Positions 1 through 8,993 of a stretch of 64,000 bases of DNA are shown piece after piece (positions within the stretch are counted from its first letter, which is position 1; every line of letters begins with the position of its first letter). Where the stretch lies: contig CAYSFB010000007.1 in assembly GCA_964430735.1 (NCBI GenBank), forward strand, positions 62,179-126,178, in the 5' to 3' direction. The position numbers were made by a program, and so were the translations under genes. This stretch comes from an uncultured Planctomycetia bacterium. GTDB taxonomy: Bacteria > Omnitrophota > Gorgyraeia > 2-02-FULL-51-18 > JAGOUK01. Under the pieces are notes generated by a model. The model had not been told where the DNA came from. It made no database searches and saw nothing but the letters and a program-made list of their open reading frames with translations.

Positions 1-530
1 AGCCGCTCATCTGGCGCGGGCCGATGGCGCACAAGGCCCTCGAGCAATGCCTGTTTGACGTGAATTGGGGCGAATTGGATTATTTGTTCGTCGATCTGCC
101 GCCGGGCACGGGCGATGTGCATCTGACGCTGGCGCAGAACACGGCGCTGGCCGGCGGGATCATCGTGTCCACGCCGCAGGACGTGGGTCTGACGATCGCG
201 CGCAAGACGCTGCGGATGTTCCAGCAGACGGGCGTGCGGATCCTGGGGATTCTCGAAAACATGAGCTTCTACGTCTGCGGCCATTGCGGGTCGCGCGAAC
301 ATCTGTTCGGCAACGGAACGGTGCAGAGCGCCGCCGTCGCGCTCGACATTCCGTATCTGGGCGAAGTTCCGCTGGAGTCGGGCGTCCGCGAAGCCGCCGA
401 TAGCGGAACGCCGGTGATTTTGCGGCATCCGGATTTGGCATCGGCCGCGGCGTTCCGTCAGATTTTGGGGAAAGTGGCTCAGCAGGTGAGTGTGGCAAGT
501 TTTTCGCCCGCCGCTTCTGCCGCTTCGTAA
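1..530 (+). CDS. apbC: Mrp/ApbC-family Fe-S cluster carrier ATPase, C-terminal part; the 5' end lies outside the window
   Basis: The reading frame is open from nt 3 and the ORF continues upstream of the window. The translation (..DLPPGTGDVHLTLAQ..ILGILENMSFYVCGHCG..) matches the Mrp/NBP35 switch and CxxC region. Confidence 0.8.
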   Translation, partial: PLIWRGPMAHKALEQCLFDVNWGELDYLFVDLPPGTGDVHLTLAQNTALAGGIIVSTPQDVGLTIARKTLRMFQQTGVRILGILENMSFYVCGHCGSREHLFGNGTVQSAAVALDIPYLGEVPLESGVREAADSGTPVILRHPDLASAAAFRQILGKVAQQVSVASFSPAASAAS

Positions 531-585
531 ACGGGGATCGGCTGGGGATTTGAAAAAGACAACCAATGAAAAAGGAGAAGTCCAA

Positions 586-954
586 ATGAAGCACGCATGG
601 ATCCTGGGTTCATTTCTCGGAGCGGCCGTCCTGACTCTGGGCGCCTCGGACGCGCACGCGCTCCGGGCCTATACGCCGCAAAACGCGGACGCCTGCGCCG
701 CGCACGCTTCCTGCTGCGCGCCGGTTTCGGTGTCGAAGATCGGAATTTTTGAACTCGACGGCGTTTTTCCCGACAAATCCGGCCAGGGGACGTGTTCGGT
801 GGGCTCTAAGCATTGCGGATCGAAAACGGGATCGATGTCCGATTGCCCTGTCGCGGGTGCCGCGAACCTGGTCGTCACGCCCGTTGCGGCGGTGCTGAAC
901 GACGCGCATCTCCTGATCACGATGCCGACCCGCAAGGCCGAGCCGCTGAACTAA
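586..954 (+). CDS. small secreted cysteine-rich hypothetical protein (122 aa)
   Basis: An AAGGAGA RBS sits 8 nt before the ATG at 586. The N-terminus MKHAWILGSFLGAAVLTLGASDAHA is a signal peptide. The mature part carries 6 Cys and has no recognisable family. Confidence 0.55.
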   Translation: MKHAWILGSFLGAAVLTLGASDAHALRAYTPQNADACAAHASCCAPVSVSKIGIFELDGVFPDKSGQGTCSVGSKHCGSKTGSMSDCPVAGAANLVVTPVAAVLNDAHLLITMPTRKAEPLN

Positions 955-976
955 ACGGTCCTGTCCTACGCGTCCG

Positions 977-1402
977 ATGAGCGCGCTCCCGGTTTTTCAT
1001 CTCGCATTTCCTGTGAAGGGAATTCCGGAGACGGTCGAGTTCTACCGGGACCGTCTCGGGTGCCGGGTTGACCTCGTCGAACGCGGCCGCTGCATCATCA
1101 ACCTCTGGGGACATCAGGCGGTGGCTCACGTGAGCGCCGCGGATGTCCCCGCCCGGGTGACGATGTACCCGCGGCATTTCGGCGTGATCTTCGATCGCGC
1201 GGAGGATTTTGAAGCCCTGCTCACGCGGGCGGAGGAGCAACGGCTGAGTTTTTTTGAAAAGCATTTTTGCCGCTTCGCCGGAACGCCGCGCGAGCACCGG
1301 ACCTTTTTCCTGACCGACCCGTCCAACAATCTGCTCGAGTTCAAGTGGTACAAAAATCCCGACCTCGTCCTGAAGGCCGCGCCCGTTGACGTCTCCGGTT
1401 AA
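977..1402 (+). CDS. VOC (glyoxalase/bleomycin-resistance/dioxygenase) family protein
   Basis: 141 aa with a beta-alpha-beta-beta-beta-like VOC pattern (FHLAFPV..GHQAVAHV..FFLTDPSNNLLEF). Confidence 0.65.
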   Translation: MSALPVFHLAFPVKGIPETVEFYRDRLGCRVDLVERGRCIINLWGHQAVAHVSAADVPARVTMYPRHFGVIFDRAEDFEALLTRAEEQRLSFFEKHFCRFAGTPREHRTFFLTDPSNNLLEFKWYKNPDLVLKAAPVDVSG

Positions 1403-1820
1403 GGATTACGCCTTCGGAATCGTCCCCGTCCGCCGCGAAGGCGGCCGCGTGTTGTACCTGCTGATCCAACATCGCGCCGGCCATTGGGCTTTTCCGAAAG
1501 GGCATGCGGAGCCGGGCGAGACGCCGCTGGAGACCGCGCGCCGCGAGCTGCTCGAAGAAACGGGCATCGCCGACGTCGATATCGCCGGAGACCGGACCTT
1601 CGTCGAGCATTACGACACGGTGAAGCGCGGACGGGACGTCGATAAAACGGTCACTTATTTTTTGGGCTGGGTCAAACGCGCCGACGTCCGGATTCAGGCG
1701 GAGGAGGTGCGCGACTACGCGTGGCTGGACGCCGAGGCCGCGGCCGCGCGGATCACCTTCGAAGAGACGCGGCGGATCCTCGCCGAAGCCGGACGCGTTG
1801 TCCGCGGCTCCGAAGGGTGA
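1386..1820 (+). CDS. NUDIX hydrolase (Ap4A-hydrolase-like)
   Basis: It carries the Nudix box GHAEPGETPLETARRELLEETGI. It overlaps the upstream VOC gene by 17 nt in another frame. Confidence 0.8.
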   Translation: MTSPVKDYAFGIVPVRREGGRVLYLLIQHRAGHWAFPKGHAEPGETPLETARRELLEETGIADVDIAGDRTFVEHYDTVKRGRDVDKTVTYFLGWVKRADVRIQAEEVRDYAWLDAEAAAARITFEETRRILAEAGRVVRGSEG

Positions 1821-1869
1821 TAGAATAACCCATCCATTTTTCGACCGAGTGAAACAGAGGGAGTCACGT

Positions 1870-2868
1870 ATGTCATTTCGTTCATTGAGCTGGGTGCTGG
1901 TCGGGGGTCTCGTGTTCGGATGGTCCGGATTCGCGGCGGCGGACGACGCGTCCGACGCAGAAAAACCGTTCCTCATCACGAAGGAATACCGCGAGAAAAA
2001 GCGCCCCGACGATCTGAAAAAGCTCCAGGAAACTTTCCATTGGTGGCCGACCGATGCGACGCCGTCGGCCCAAAAAGACACCGAGCGGGGCGGCTATTGG
2101 TGGTACCCCGAAACACCCGGTGAAAAATCCAAGAACGGCCTCTGGGGCAACCGCGGTTACATCTACGTCTACCGCATCATCGAAGATTACCGGACCGACC
2201 TTCCGCCCGCGAAGCCGCAGGAGATGCGCCCGTCGCTGCTCGTCCGTAAAGTCATCAAGAATGTGAAGGTTTATTTCGATTATGACAAGTCGGATTTGCG
2301 CGACGACGCCAAAGTCATTCTCGACGACGGTATGCGCATCCTGAGTAAGAACGCGAAGGCGAGCGTGCTCATCACCGGCAACGCGGACACCCGCGGATCC
2401 GAGCAGTACAACGAGAAGCTCGCGCAGCGCCGCGCCGCCGCGGTTCAGGACTACTTGTCCGCCAACGGCATTCCCGCGGAACGCATCCGTCTCGTCAGCC
2501 GCGGCAAGCTCGACGCCGCCGCGCCCGTGACCGATCTGGTCGGCATGCAAAAGGACCGCAATGCCCAGTTCGTCGTCGCCGAAGTCGAAGAAGTCATGCT
2601 GCCTTATCAGGGGCCTCCCCAGGGCGTGGACGCTGTCCAGATCCAGGACAACGTCTATCTGACGCAGGAACAGAAGAGCGTCGAGTCGGCGGTCAAGGTT
2701 TCGACCCGCGAATACGTGGTCAAGGAAGGTGATTCGCTCGCGCGCATCGCCCAGCGTGAACTCGGTTCCCAGCACCGCTGGAACTATCTCTACGAATTCA
2801 ACAAGGATCGCATCAAGAACCCCGATCGTCTGCGTCCCGGCCAGAAGCTTCTGATCCCGGTCGAATAA
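1870..2868 (+). CDS. OmpA-like (OmpA/MotB C-terminal domain) protein with a C-terminal LysM domain
   Basis: A signal peptide starts at M1870 (MSFRSLSWVLVGGLVFGWSGFAA). The OmpA_C motif reads NVKVYFDYDKSDL..ITGNADTRGSEQYNEKLAQRRAAAVQDYL. The LysM part reads YVVKEGDSLARIA..PGQKLLIP. Confidence 0.75.
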   Translation: MSFRSLSWVLVGGLVFGWSGFAAADDASDAEKPFLITKEYREKKRPDDLKKLQETFHWWPTDATPSAQKDTERGGYWWYPETPGEKSKNGLWGNRGYIYVYRIIEDYRTDLPPAKPQEMRPSLLVRKVIKNVKVYFDYDKSDLRDDAKVILDDGMRILSKNAKASVLITGNADTRGSEQYNEKLAQRRAAAVQDYLSANGIPAERIRLVSRGKLDAAAPVTDLVGMQKDRNAQFVVAEVEEVMLPYQGPPQGVDAVQIQDNVYLTQEQKSVESAVKVSTREYVVKEGDSLARIAQRELGSQHRWNYLYEFNKDRIKNPDRLRPGQKLLIPVE

Positions 2869-3491
2869 TGAACCGGCGGCCGGTTGCTGCGGGCGCCAAA
2901 ACCCGCGTCATCTGCCTGGATCTCGAGGGCGTTCTCGTCCCCGAGATCTGGGTCGCCGTGGCCGACAAGACCCGGATCGTTGAATTGCGCCGGACGACGC
3001 GCGACGAGCCGGACTACGACAAGCTGATGCGCTTCCGCATCGGCATCCTCAAGCACGCCGGCATCCGTCTCTCCGACATACAAAAAGTCATCGCCCGGAT
3101 GGGTCCGCTGCCCGGCGCCGCCAAATTCATCGCATCCGCCCGCGCGCGGCATCAGGTCGTCATCCTTTCCGACACGTTCAGCCAATTTGCCGCGCCGCTC
3201 ATGAAGCAGCTCGGCTGGCCGACGATTTTTTGCAATTCGCTCGAAACGGACCGCGCCGGTTTTATCACGCGGCACGTGATGCGGCTGGACAACGGCAAGG
3301 AGCACGCGGTGCGCGCGCTCAAAGCCCTGAACTTCGAAGTGGTCGCGGCCGGCGACTCGTTCAACGATCTCACGATGATTCAAAACGCCCACAAGGGTGT
3401 GTTTTTCTGTCCGCCAAAAAGTATTTCGGACCGTTTTCCGAAGATCCGGGTTTGCAGGACGTACACGCAACTGGCGAAGGAGCTTTTTTAA
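2868..3491 (+). CDS. thrH: HAD-family phosphoserine phosphatase / homoserine phosphotransferase ThrH
   Basis: There is near-colinear similarity to Pseudomonas ThrH (CLDLEGVLVPEIW..TTRD.PDYD..VVILSDTF..AAGDSFNDLTM). It joins the upstream gene through a TAATG junction. Confidence 0.8.
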   Translation: MNRRPVAAGAKTRVICLDLEGVLVPEIWVAVADKTRIVELRRTTRDEPDYDKLMRFRIGILKHAGIRLSDIQKVIARMGPLPGAAKFIASARARHQVVILSDTFSQFAAPLMKQLGWPTIFCNSLETDRAGFITRHVMRLDNGKEHAVRALKALNFEVVAAGDSFNDLTMIQNAHKGVFFCPPKSISDRFPKIRVCRTYTQLAKELF

Positions 3492-3895
3492 TGATCCGCC
3501 CCGACCTCCAGTTCACGCTGCTGTGCGACGATTTGCGGGTCGAGAACAACGGCAAATTCATCCTGATCGGCCTCTTCGACAATATCGCCGCGACCGAGAC
3601 GCCGGTGGTGCATAAAAAGTTCGTGGTCATCAACCGGTGGGGCAAAGGGCAGGGGAAGTTCACCGAGCAGACCCGCATCCTGTGCGCGGAGTCGGGCGAA
3701 ATCGCCGCGCAATCCAACCCGGTCCCGTTCCAGCTTGCCTCCATGGACCACCTGCACAACGTCGTTTCGCAGTTCCGGAACGTCAAGTTCCCGCGCCTGG
3801 GCAAGTACTGGGTCGAAGTCATGATCGACGGTGAGCTCGCCCGAAGCTTCAACTTTTACGTCCGCCAGGTTCCCGAGAGACCCGCCCAAGCATGA
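3491..3895 (+). CDS. hypothetical protein (134 aa), translationally coupled to thrH
   Basis: The ATG at 3491 overlaps the thrH TAA by 1 nt. I recognise no motif; the sequence is MIRPDLQFTLLCDDLRVENNGKFILIGLFDN... Confidence 0.5.
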   Translation: MIRPDLQFTLLCDDLRVENNGKFILIGLFDNIAATETPVVHKKFVVINRWGKGQGKFTEQTRILCAESGEIAAQSNPVPFQLASMDHLHNVVSQFRNVKFPRLGKYWVEVMIDGELARSFNFYVRQVPERPAQA

Positions 3896-3944
3896 CCTTC
3901 CGGCCGGAGCCCGGCGTCCGGAGCTTTTCGGCCCGTTTCCGTGT

Positions 3945-3973
3945 TTGACCCGCCCCGGCTCCTGCCGGTATAA
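3945..3973 (+). promoter_or_regulatory. sigma70-type promoter for ilvBN(C): TTGACC -35, 17-nt spacer, TATAAT -10
   Basis: TTGACC is at 3945-3950 and TATAAT at 3968-3973. It lies 75 nt upstream of the ilvB ATG, and an RBS (GAGAGAGG) follows at about 4036. Confidence 0.6.
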
Positions 3974-3982
3974 TGACCCCCT

Positions 3983-4001
3983 TTGCAAAACCGGCTTTTG
4001 C
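3983..4001 (+). promoter_or_regulatory. perfect inverted repeat TGCAAAA-ccggc-TTTTGCA at the predicted ilvB transcription start (candidate operator or 5'UTR hairpin)
   Basis: The two 7-nt arms are exact reverse complements. The repeat sits at about +3 to +21 relative to the -10 element. Confidence 0.45.
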
Positions 4002-4048
4002 ATTCCTAAAGACCGCATCGAACTACCAATAAAGAGAGAGGTTGTCCC

Positions 4049-5725
4049 ATGGCACGTATGACTGGCGCCCAGGCAATGGTTGAATCCTTGCTGCGTGAGG
4101 GCGTGGACGTCGTATTCGGTTTGCCGGGCGGCGCCTGTCTTCCGTTTTTCGACAAGCTGTATGATGCGAAGCTCAAGATGGTGCTGGTCCGCCACGAACA
4201 GGGCGCCGTGCACATGGCCGAAGGGTATGCGCGTTCGACCGGCAAGGTCGGCGTCGCGATCGCGACCTCCGGCCCCGGCGCGACCAATTGCGTGACCGGC
4301 ATCGCCGACGCGTACATGGACTCGATCCCGCTGGTGGTCATCACCGGACAGGTGAAGAGCTTCATGATCGGCAACGACGCGTTCCAGGAAGCCGATACGA
4401 CCGGCATCACGCGCCCCATCACGAAGCACAATTACCTGGTCAAGGACCCTCAGCATATTCCGCGGATCGTCAAAGAGGCGTTTTACCTGGCCCGCACCGG
4501 ACGTCCCGGCCCCGTGCTGATCGACTTTCCGGTCGACATCTCGCTGGCCGAGATGGACTTCTACTGGCCCGAAGCCGTCAATCTGCGCAGCTACAACCCG
4601 GTCGTGAAGGGAAGCTTGAGCCAGATCCAGAAGGCCGCCAAGATGATCTCGCATTCCAAGAAGCCGGTGCTGTACACCGGCGGCGGCGTCATCATCGCCC
4701 GCGCGGCGAAGGAAGTGAAGCAGCTGGCCGAGAAACTCCAGGCCCCCGTGACGAACACGCTCATGGGACTGGGCGGCATGGACGCGTCGAGCCCCTTGTT
4801 CATCGACATGCTGGGCATGCACGGCGCGGTGTACGCCAACCGCGCGGTGGACGAGTGCGACCTGCTGATCTCGATCGGCGCGCGCTTCGACGACCGCGTG
4901 ACCGGCAACCTCGAGAAATTCTCTCCGCATTCCAAGAAGATCCACATCGACATCGATCCGGGCTCGATCTCCAAGAGCATTCCGGTCGACATCCCGATCG
5001 TCGGCGACGTGAAGGAAGTGCTGCACGAGCTCCTGAAGCTCGTCGGTCCGCTCGACACCAAGGAATGGCTCGCGCAGATCGCCGCGTGGAAGAAGGAAAG
5101 TCCGTTCCGCTACAAGGACGACGGCCTTTCGATCAAGCCCCAGTACGTCATTCAGCAGATCTGGGAAGCCACCAAGGGCAACGCGCTCATCACGACAGAC
5201 GTCGGACAGCATCAGATGTGGGCTGCACAGTACTACCGGTTCAACGAGCCGAACGCGATGATGACCTCCGGCGGTCTGGGCACGATGGGTTATGGATTCC
5301 CGGCGGCGATCGGCGCCCAGATGGGCCGTCCCGACAAGGAAGTCTGGTGCATCTCGGGCGACGGCTCGATCCAGATGAACATCCAGGAATACACGACGGC
5401 CGTCATTCACAAGTTGCCGGTCAAGGTCGCGATCCTGAACAACGGCTTTTACGGCATGGTGCGGCAGTGGCAGCACTTTTTCTACAAGGACCGCTTCTCG
5501 AGCTCGACGATGGACTGCAACCCGGACTTCGTGAAGTTGTCCGAGGCGTACGGCGGCGTCGGTATCCGGGTCACGCGCAAGGAAGACGTGATTCCGGCGA
5601 TCCAGAAGGCGCGTTCGATCAACGATCGTCCGGTGTTCCTCGACTTCGTCTGCCCCAAGGACGAAAACGTGATGCCGATGATCCCCTCAGGAGGGTCCAT
5701 GGAACAGATCATGGACATGGCATAA
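4049..5725 (+). CDS. ilvB: acetolactate synthase large (catalytic) subunit
   Basis: 558 aa with ThDP-enzyme motifs (GLPGGACLPFFD, GPGATN, GDGS.QMN.QE) along its whole length. Confidence 0.95.
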   Translation: MARMTGAQAMVESLLREGVDVVFGLPGGACLPFFDKLYDAKLKMVLVRHEQGAVHMAEGYARSTGKVGVAIATSGPGATNCVTGIADAYMDSIPLVVITGQVKSFMIGNDAFQEADTTGITRPITKHNYLVKDPQHIPRIVKEAFYLARTGRPGPVLIDFPVDISLAEMDFYWPEAVNLRSYNPVVKGSLSQIQKAAKMISHSKKPVLYTGGGVIIARAAKEVKQLAEKLQAPVTNTLMGLGGMDASSPLFIDMLGMHGAVYANRAVDECDLLISIGARFDDRVTGNLEKFSPHSKKIHIDIDPGSISKSIPVDIPIVGDVKEVLHELLKLVGPLDTKEWLAQIAAWKKESPFRYKDDGLSIKPQYVIQQIWEATKGNALITTDVGQHQMWAAQYYRFNEPNAMMTSGGLGTMGYGFPAAIGAQMGRPDKEVWCISGDGSIQMNIQEYTTAVIHKLPVKVAILNNGFYGMVRQWQHFFYKDRFSSSTMDCNPDFVKLSEAYGGVGIRVTRKEDVIPAIQKARSINDRPVFLDFVCPKDENVMPMIPSGGSMEQIMDMA

Positions 5726-5727
5726 CC

Positions 5728-6288
5728 ATGGCATACGTCAAAGAAACCACCATTTACCGCCGCACGTTTTCCGTGCTCGTTGAGAACGAGCCGGGCGTCC
5801 TGGCGCGCGTGTCGGGCCTGTTCTCGGCGCGCGGCTTCAACATCGTGTCGCTGGCCGTCGGCGAAACGCAGGACCCGACGATGTCGCGCATCACGATCGT
5901 CGTCGACGGGACGCCCACCGTGCTCGAGCAGGTGAACAAGCAGCTCAACAAGCTGATCCCCGTGATCAGCGTGCTGCCGATCGCCGACGCCGACATGCTG
6001 GGAATCGAGCTCACGCTCGCCAAGTTCAAGTCCGGCCCCCGCGTCAAGGCAGTCGTCGAAGACGCCCAGCGCAAAGGGGACGACGTCCAGATTCTGAACG
6101 AAGGCCCGGGAGGCGTGATCGTACGCATCCTGTCGACCGTCGAAAAAGAGCCGGCGATTTTTAAGGCGCTCGGAGAGCTTGAGCTCATCGAGATCTGCCG
6201 CACCGGCAAGGTCGCGCTGTCCAAGACGAAGACCTTCGGGATCTTCGAGAAGGCCCCGCGCGAAGTGGAAGTCGAAGAAGCGAATTAA
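5728..6288 (+). CDS. ilvN: acetolactate synthase small (regulatory) subunit
   Basis: The ATG lies 3 nt after the ilvB stop and the product is 186 aa. It carries the ACT-domain signature [28 protein letters not shown]. It is the 3' part of a long alternative-frame ORF (4288..6288). Confidence 0.9.
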   Translation: MAYVKETTIYRRTFSVLVENEPGVLARVSGLFSARGFNIVSLAVGETQDPTMSRITIVVDGTPTVLEQVNKQLNKLIPVISVLPIADADMLGIELTLAKFKSGPRVKAVVEDAQRKGDDVQILNEGPGGVIVRILSTVEKEPAIFKALGELELIEICRTGKVALSKTKTFGIFEKAPREVEVEEAN

Positions 6289-6323
6289 TTTTTTCTAAAA
6301 AGATCATTCAAGGAGAAACGAAC

Positions 6324-7310
6324 ATGGCAAAAGTTTATTACGACAACGACGCCGACCTGAAGATCCTGAAGGGCAAGACCGTGGGCGTGATCGGCTACGG
6401 CATCCAGGGCCGCGGCCAGACGCTCAACCTGCGCGACAGCGGCGTGAAGGTCATCGTGGCCCAGCGTCCCGGCGGACCCAACTACGACGCGGCGATCAAG
6501 GACGGCTTCAAGCCCGTGACGGCGGAGGAAGCGGCCAAGCAGGCCGACATCCTCATGATCCTGGCGCAGGACCCGCTGCAGAAGGACATTTACGAGAAGT
6601 CCGTGAAGCCCAACCTCAAGAAGGGCGCGGCGCTCATGTTCTCGCACGGCTTCAACATCCACTTCAAGCAGATCGTGCCCCCGAAGAATGTCGACGTGTT
6701 CATGGTCGCCCCCAAGGGCCCCGGCAGCCGCGTCCGCGACCTCTACAAGGAAGGCAAGGGCGTTCCCGCGCTTTTCGCCGTGTACCAGAACGCGACCGGC
6801 AATGCGAAGAAGCTGGCGCTGGCGTACGCGAAGGCCATCGGCGGCACCCGCGCGGGTGTGATCGAAACGACCTTCAAGGAAGAAACTGAGACGGATCTCT
6901 TCGGCGAGCAGGCCGTGCTCTGCGGCGGCGTGAGCGCGCTGATTCACGCGGGCTACGACACGCTGATCAAGGCGGGGTATCAGCCCGAGATCGCGTACTT
7001 CGAAGTGCTGCACGAGCTCAAGCTCATCACCGACCTCATTTACGCCGGCGGCATCACCGGCATGCGTAAGCGCGTTTCGGACACCGCCGAGTACGGCGAC
7101 CTTGTCACCGGCCCGCGCATCGTCAACGCGCAGACGAAGAAGGAAATGCAGAAGGTCCTCAAAGAAATCCAGACCGGCAAGTTCGCCAAGGGCTTCATGG
7201 GCGACTATCACACCGGCAAGAAGCGTTTTGAGAAGCTCCGTAAGGCGGGCGCCGCGCATCCGATCGAAAAAGTCGGCGCCGACCTTCGACTCAAAATGAA
7301 GTGGCTGTAA
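6324..7310 (+). CDS. ilvC: ketol-acid reductoisomerase
   Basis: 328 aa with the class I KARI motifs GYGIQGRGQ and FSHGFNI. Confidence 0.95.
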   Translation: MAKVYYDNDADLKILKGKTVGVIGYGIQGRGQTLNLRDSGVKVIVAQRPGGPNYDAAIKDGFKPVTAEEAAKQADILMILAQDPLQKDIYEKSVKPNLKKGAALMFSHGFNIHFKQIVPPKNVDVFMVAPKGPGSRVRDLYKEGKGVPALFAVYQNATGNAKKLALAYAKAIGGTRAGVIETTFKEETETDLFGEQAVLCGGVSALIHAGYDTLIKAGYQPEIAYFEVLHELKLITDLIYAGGITGMRKRVSDTAEYGDLVTGPRIVNAQTKKEMQKVLKEIQTGKFAKGFMGDYHTGKKRFEKLRKAGAAHPIEKVGADLRLKMKWL

Positions 7311-7312
7311 CG

Positions 7313-7420
7313 GTCCTCTAAAAGAGGATCGCACGGCCGCTTGCGGCCGTGCCAGCCCGGGTTCGTTCCAGGAGGCCGCCGCAAAAGCGGCCTTCTGTTT
7401 TAGAAACTAGAACGAACCCC
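7313..7420 (+). promoter_or_regulatory. structured ilvC-leuA intergenic element with three local hairpins nested inside a 10-bp long-range pairing (candidate attenuator/leader)
   Basis: The hairpins are at 7313-7330 (tcctct/agagga), 7332-7351 (cacggccgc/gcggccgtg) and 7372-7392. GGGTTCGTTC at 7358-7367 is complementary to GAACGAACCC at 7411-7420. Confidence 0.5.
7372..7400 (+). terminator. rho-independent terminator candidate: aggccgc-cgcaaaa-gcggcct stem followed by TCTGTTTT
   Basis: A 7-bp GC-rich stem is followed by a U-tract, about 40 nt upstream of the leuA ATG. Confidence 0.55.
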
Positions 7421-7436
7421 AACAAGGAGATCGATC

Positions 7437-8990
7437 ATGGCCAGGACGAAAGAAAAAGAACGCGTCTATATCTTCGACACCACGCTGCGCGACGGCGAGC
7501 AATCGCCGGGCGTGAACCTGGGCGTCCGTGAAAAGATCGAGATCGCCCGGCAGCTCGAACACATCGGCGTCGACATCATCGAGGCCGGGTTCCCGATCAC
7601 ATCGCCCGGCGACGCGGCCGCGGTCAAGGAAGTCGCCCGTGTCGTGAAGGGCTCGACCGTCTGCGCCCTGGCGCGCGCGATCGAGAAGGACATGGACGTC
7701 GCGTTGGACGCGCTCCAGCCCGCCAAGCGCAAACGCCTGCACGTCTTTTTGGCCACTTCCGCCATCCACCGCCAGTACAAACTCAAAAAAGCCAAGGGCG
7801 AGATCGAGCGCATGGCGGTCTGGGCCGTCACGCACGCCAAGAAGCGCATCGACGACGTCGAATTCTCGCCTGAGGATGCCTCACGCACCGAGCGGGACTT
7901 CCTGTTCCGCGTCGTCGAGAAGGTCATCAAGGCCGGCGCGACCGTGATTAACGTTCCGGACACCGTGGGGTATACGACCCCGTACGAGTTCCGCGACCTG
8001 ATTGAGGACATGCGCAACAGCGTCCCCAATATCAATAAGGCGATCATCTCCGTCCACTGCCATGACGACCTGGGATTATCGGTATCTAATTCCTTGTCCG
8101 CGGTTCTGGGCGGCGCGCGTCAGATCGAGTGCACGATCAACGGCATCGGCGAGCGCGCGGGCAATGCGTCCCTGGAAGAAGTCGTCATGGCGATGCGCAC
8201 GCGGTCGGACATCTATCCGTTCCGCACCGGCATTAAGACGCAAGGGTTGTGCGAGACCAGCCGTCTGGTGTCGCGCCTGACGGGCATGCTGGTCCAGCCC
8301 AACAAGGCGATCGTCGGCAAGAACGCGTTCGCGCACGAGTCGGGCATCCACCAGCACGGCATGATCGCCAAGCGTTCGACCTACGAAATCATGGACCCCG
8401 CGTCCGTCGGCTTCGGGGAGTCGAATCTCGTTCTCGGCAAGCATTCCGGCACGCACGCTTTCGCGCTGCAGCTCAAGAAGCTCGGCTACCAGCTGACCGA
8501 CGCCGAGATCGCCGTCGCCTTCGTCAAGTTCAAGGAATTGTCCGACCGCAAGAAGCACCTTTACGAAGAGGACCTGCGTTCGATCGTCGACGTGGTCGAG
8601 ACGGACGCCGTTCAGACCATCCGCCTGGAGAGTCTGAAGATCCGCACTGAGACGGGCAAGGCTCCTCAGGCCGAAGTCCGGATCACGCGCGACGGCAAGG
8701 CGCTCTCGGCGACCGGCACGGGCGACGGTCCGGTCGACGCCGCGGTCCGCACGCTGAACCAGCTGCTCAAGATGGAATTGAAGCTGCTGGATTACTCGAT
8801 CCGTTCCGCGACGTCGGGCCAGGACGCCCAGGGCCAGGTGTCGGTGCTGGTCGCCGACAAAGCCGGCCGTGAGGCCCGCGGCCGCAGCTCGACCACGGAC
8901 GTGATCGAAGCGAGCGTGCGCGCCTACATCGACGCGGTGAACCAGCTCATCCGTCCCGCGCGTCCCAAGAAGCAGATGGAGCCGCTCTAA
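7437..8990 (+). CDS. leuA: 2-isopropylmalate synthase
   Basis: 517 aa with the DRE-TIM motifs [13 protein letters not shown] and HCHDDLGL, plus a C-terminal LeuA allosteric domain. It lies next to ilvBNC. Confidence 0.85.
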   Translation: MARTKEKERVYIFDTTLRDGEQSPGVNLGVREKIEIARQLEHIGVDIIEAGFPITSPGDAAAVKEVARVVKGSTVCALARAIEKDMDVALDALQPAKRKRLHVFLATSAIHRQYKLKKAKGEIERMAVWAVTHAKKRIDDVEFSPEDASRTERDFLFRVVEKVIKAGATVINVPDTVGYTTPYEFRDLIEDMRNSVPNINKAIISVHCHDDLGLSVSNSLSAVLGGARQIECTINGIGERAGNASLEEVVMAMRTRSDIYPFRTGIKTQGLCETSRLVSRLTGMLVQPNKAIVGKNAFAHESGIHQHGMIAKRSTYEIMDPASVGFGESNLVLGKHSGTHAFALQLKKLGYQLTDAEIAVAFVKFKELSDRKKHLYEEDLRSIVDVVETDAVQTIRLESLKIRTETGKAPQAEVRITRDGKALSATGTGDGPVDAAVRTLNQLLKMELKLLDYSIRSATSGQDAQGQVSVLVADKAGREARGRSSTTDVIEASVRAYIDAVNQLIRPARPKKQMEPL

Positions 8991-8993
8991 GCG

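Noticed and set aside
3230-3895. 221-aa ORF whose 5' part overlaps thrH
   Set aside because: It was trimmed to the ATG at 3491, where the TAATG junction with thrH lies. The upstream part is an alternative frame of thrH.
3488-5476. 662-aa minus-strand ORF antisense to ilvB (similar long antisense ORFs occur at 8076..9794, 11818..13467, 13700..15709, 21849..23051, 22990..24363, 25865..27739, 37790..39442, 39598..40878, 51940..53676, 55961..57904 and 60431..62089)
   Set aside because: All lie opposite strongly conserved + strand genes. They have shadow-frame composition and no recognisable domains. High GC suppresses stop codons in antisense frames.
4288-6288. 666-aa + strand ORF overlapping ilvB in another frame
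   Set aside because: Only its last 186 codons (from the ATG at 5728) encode a recognisable protein (IlvN). The upstream 480 codons are an Arg/Gly/Pro-rich alternative-frame shadow of ilvB.
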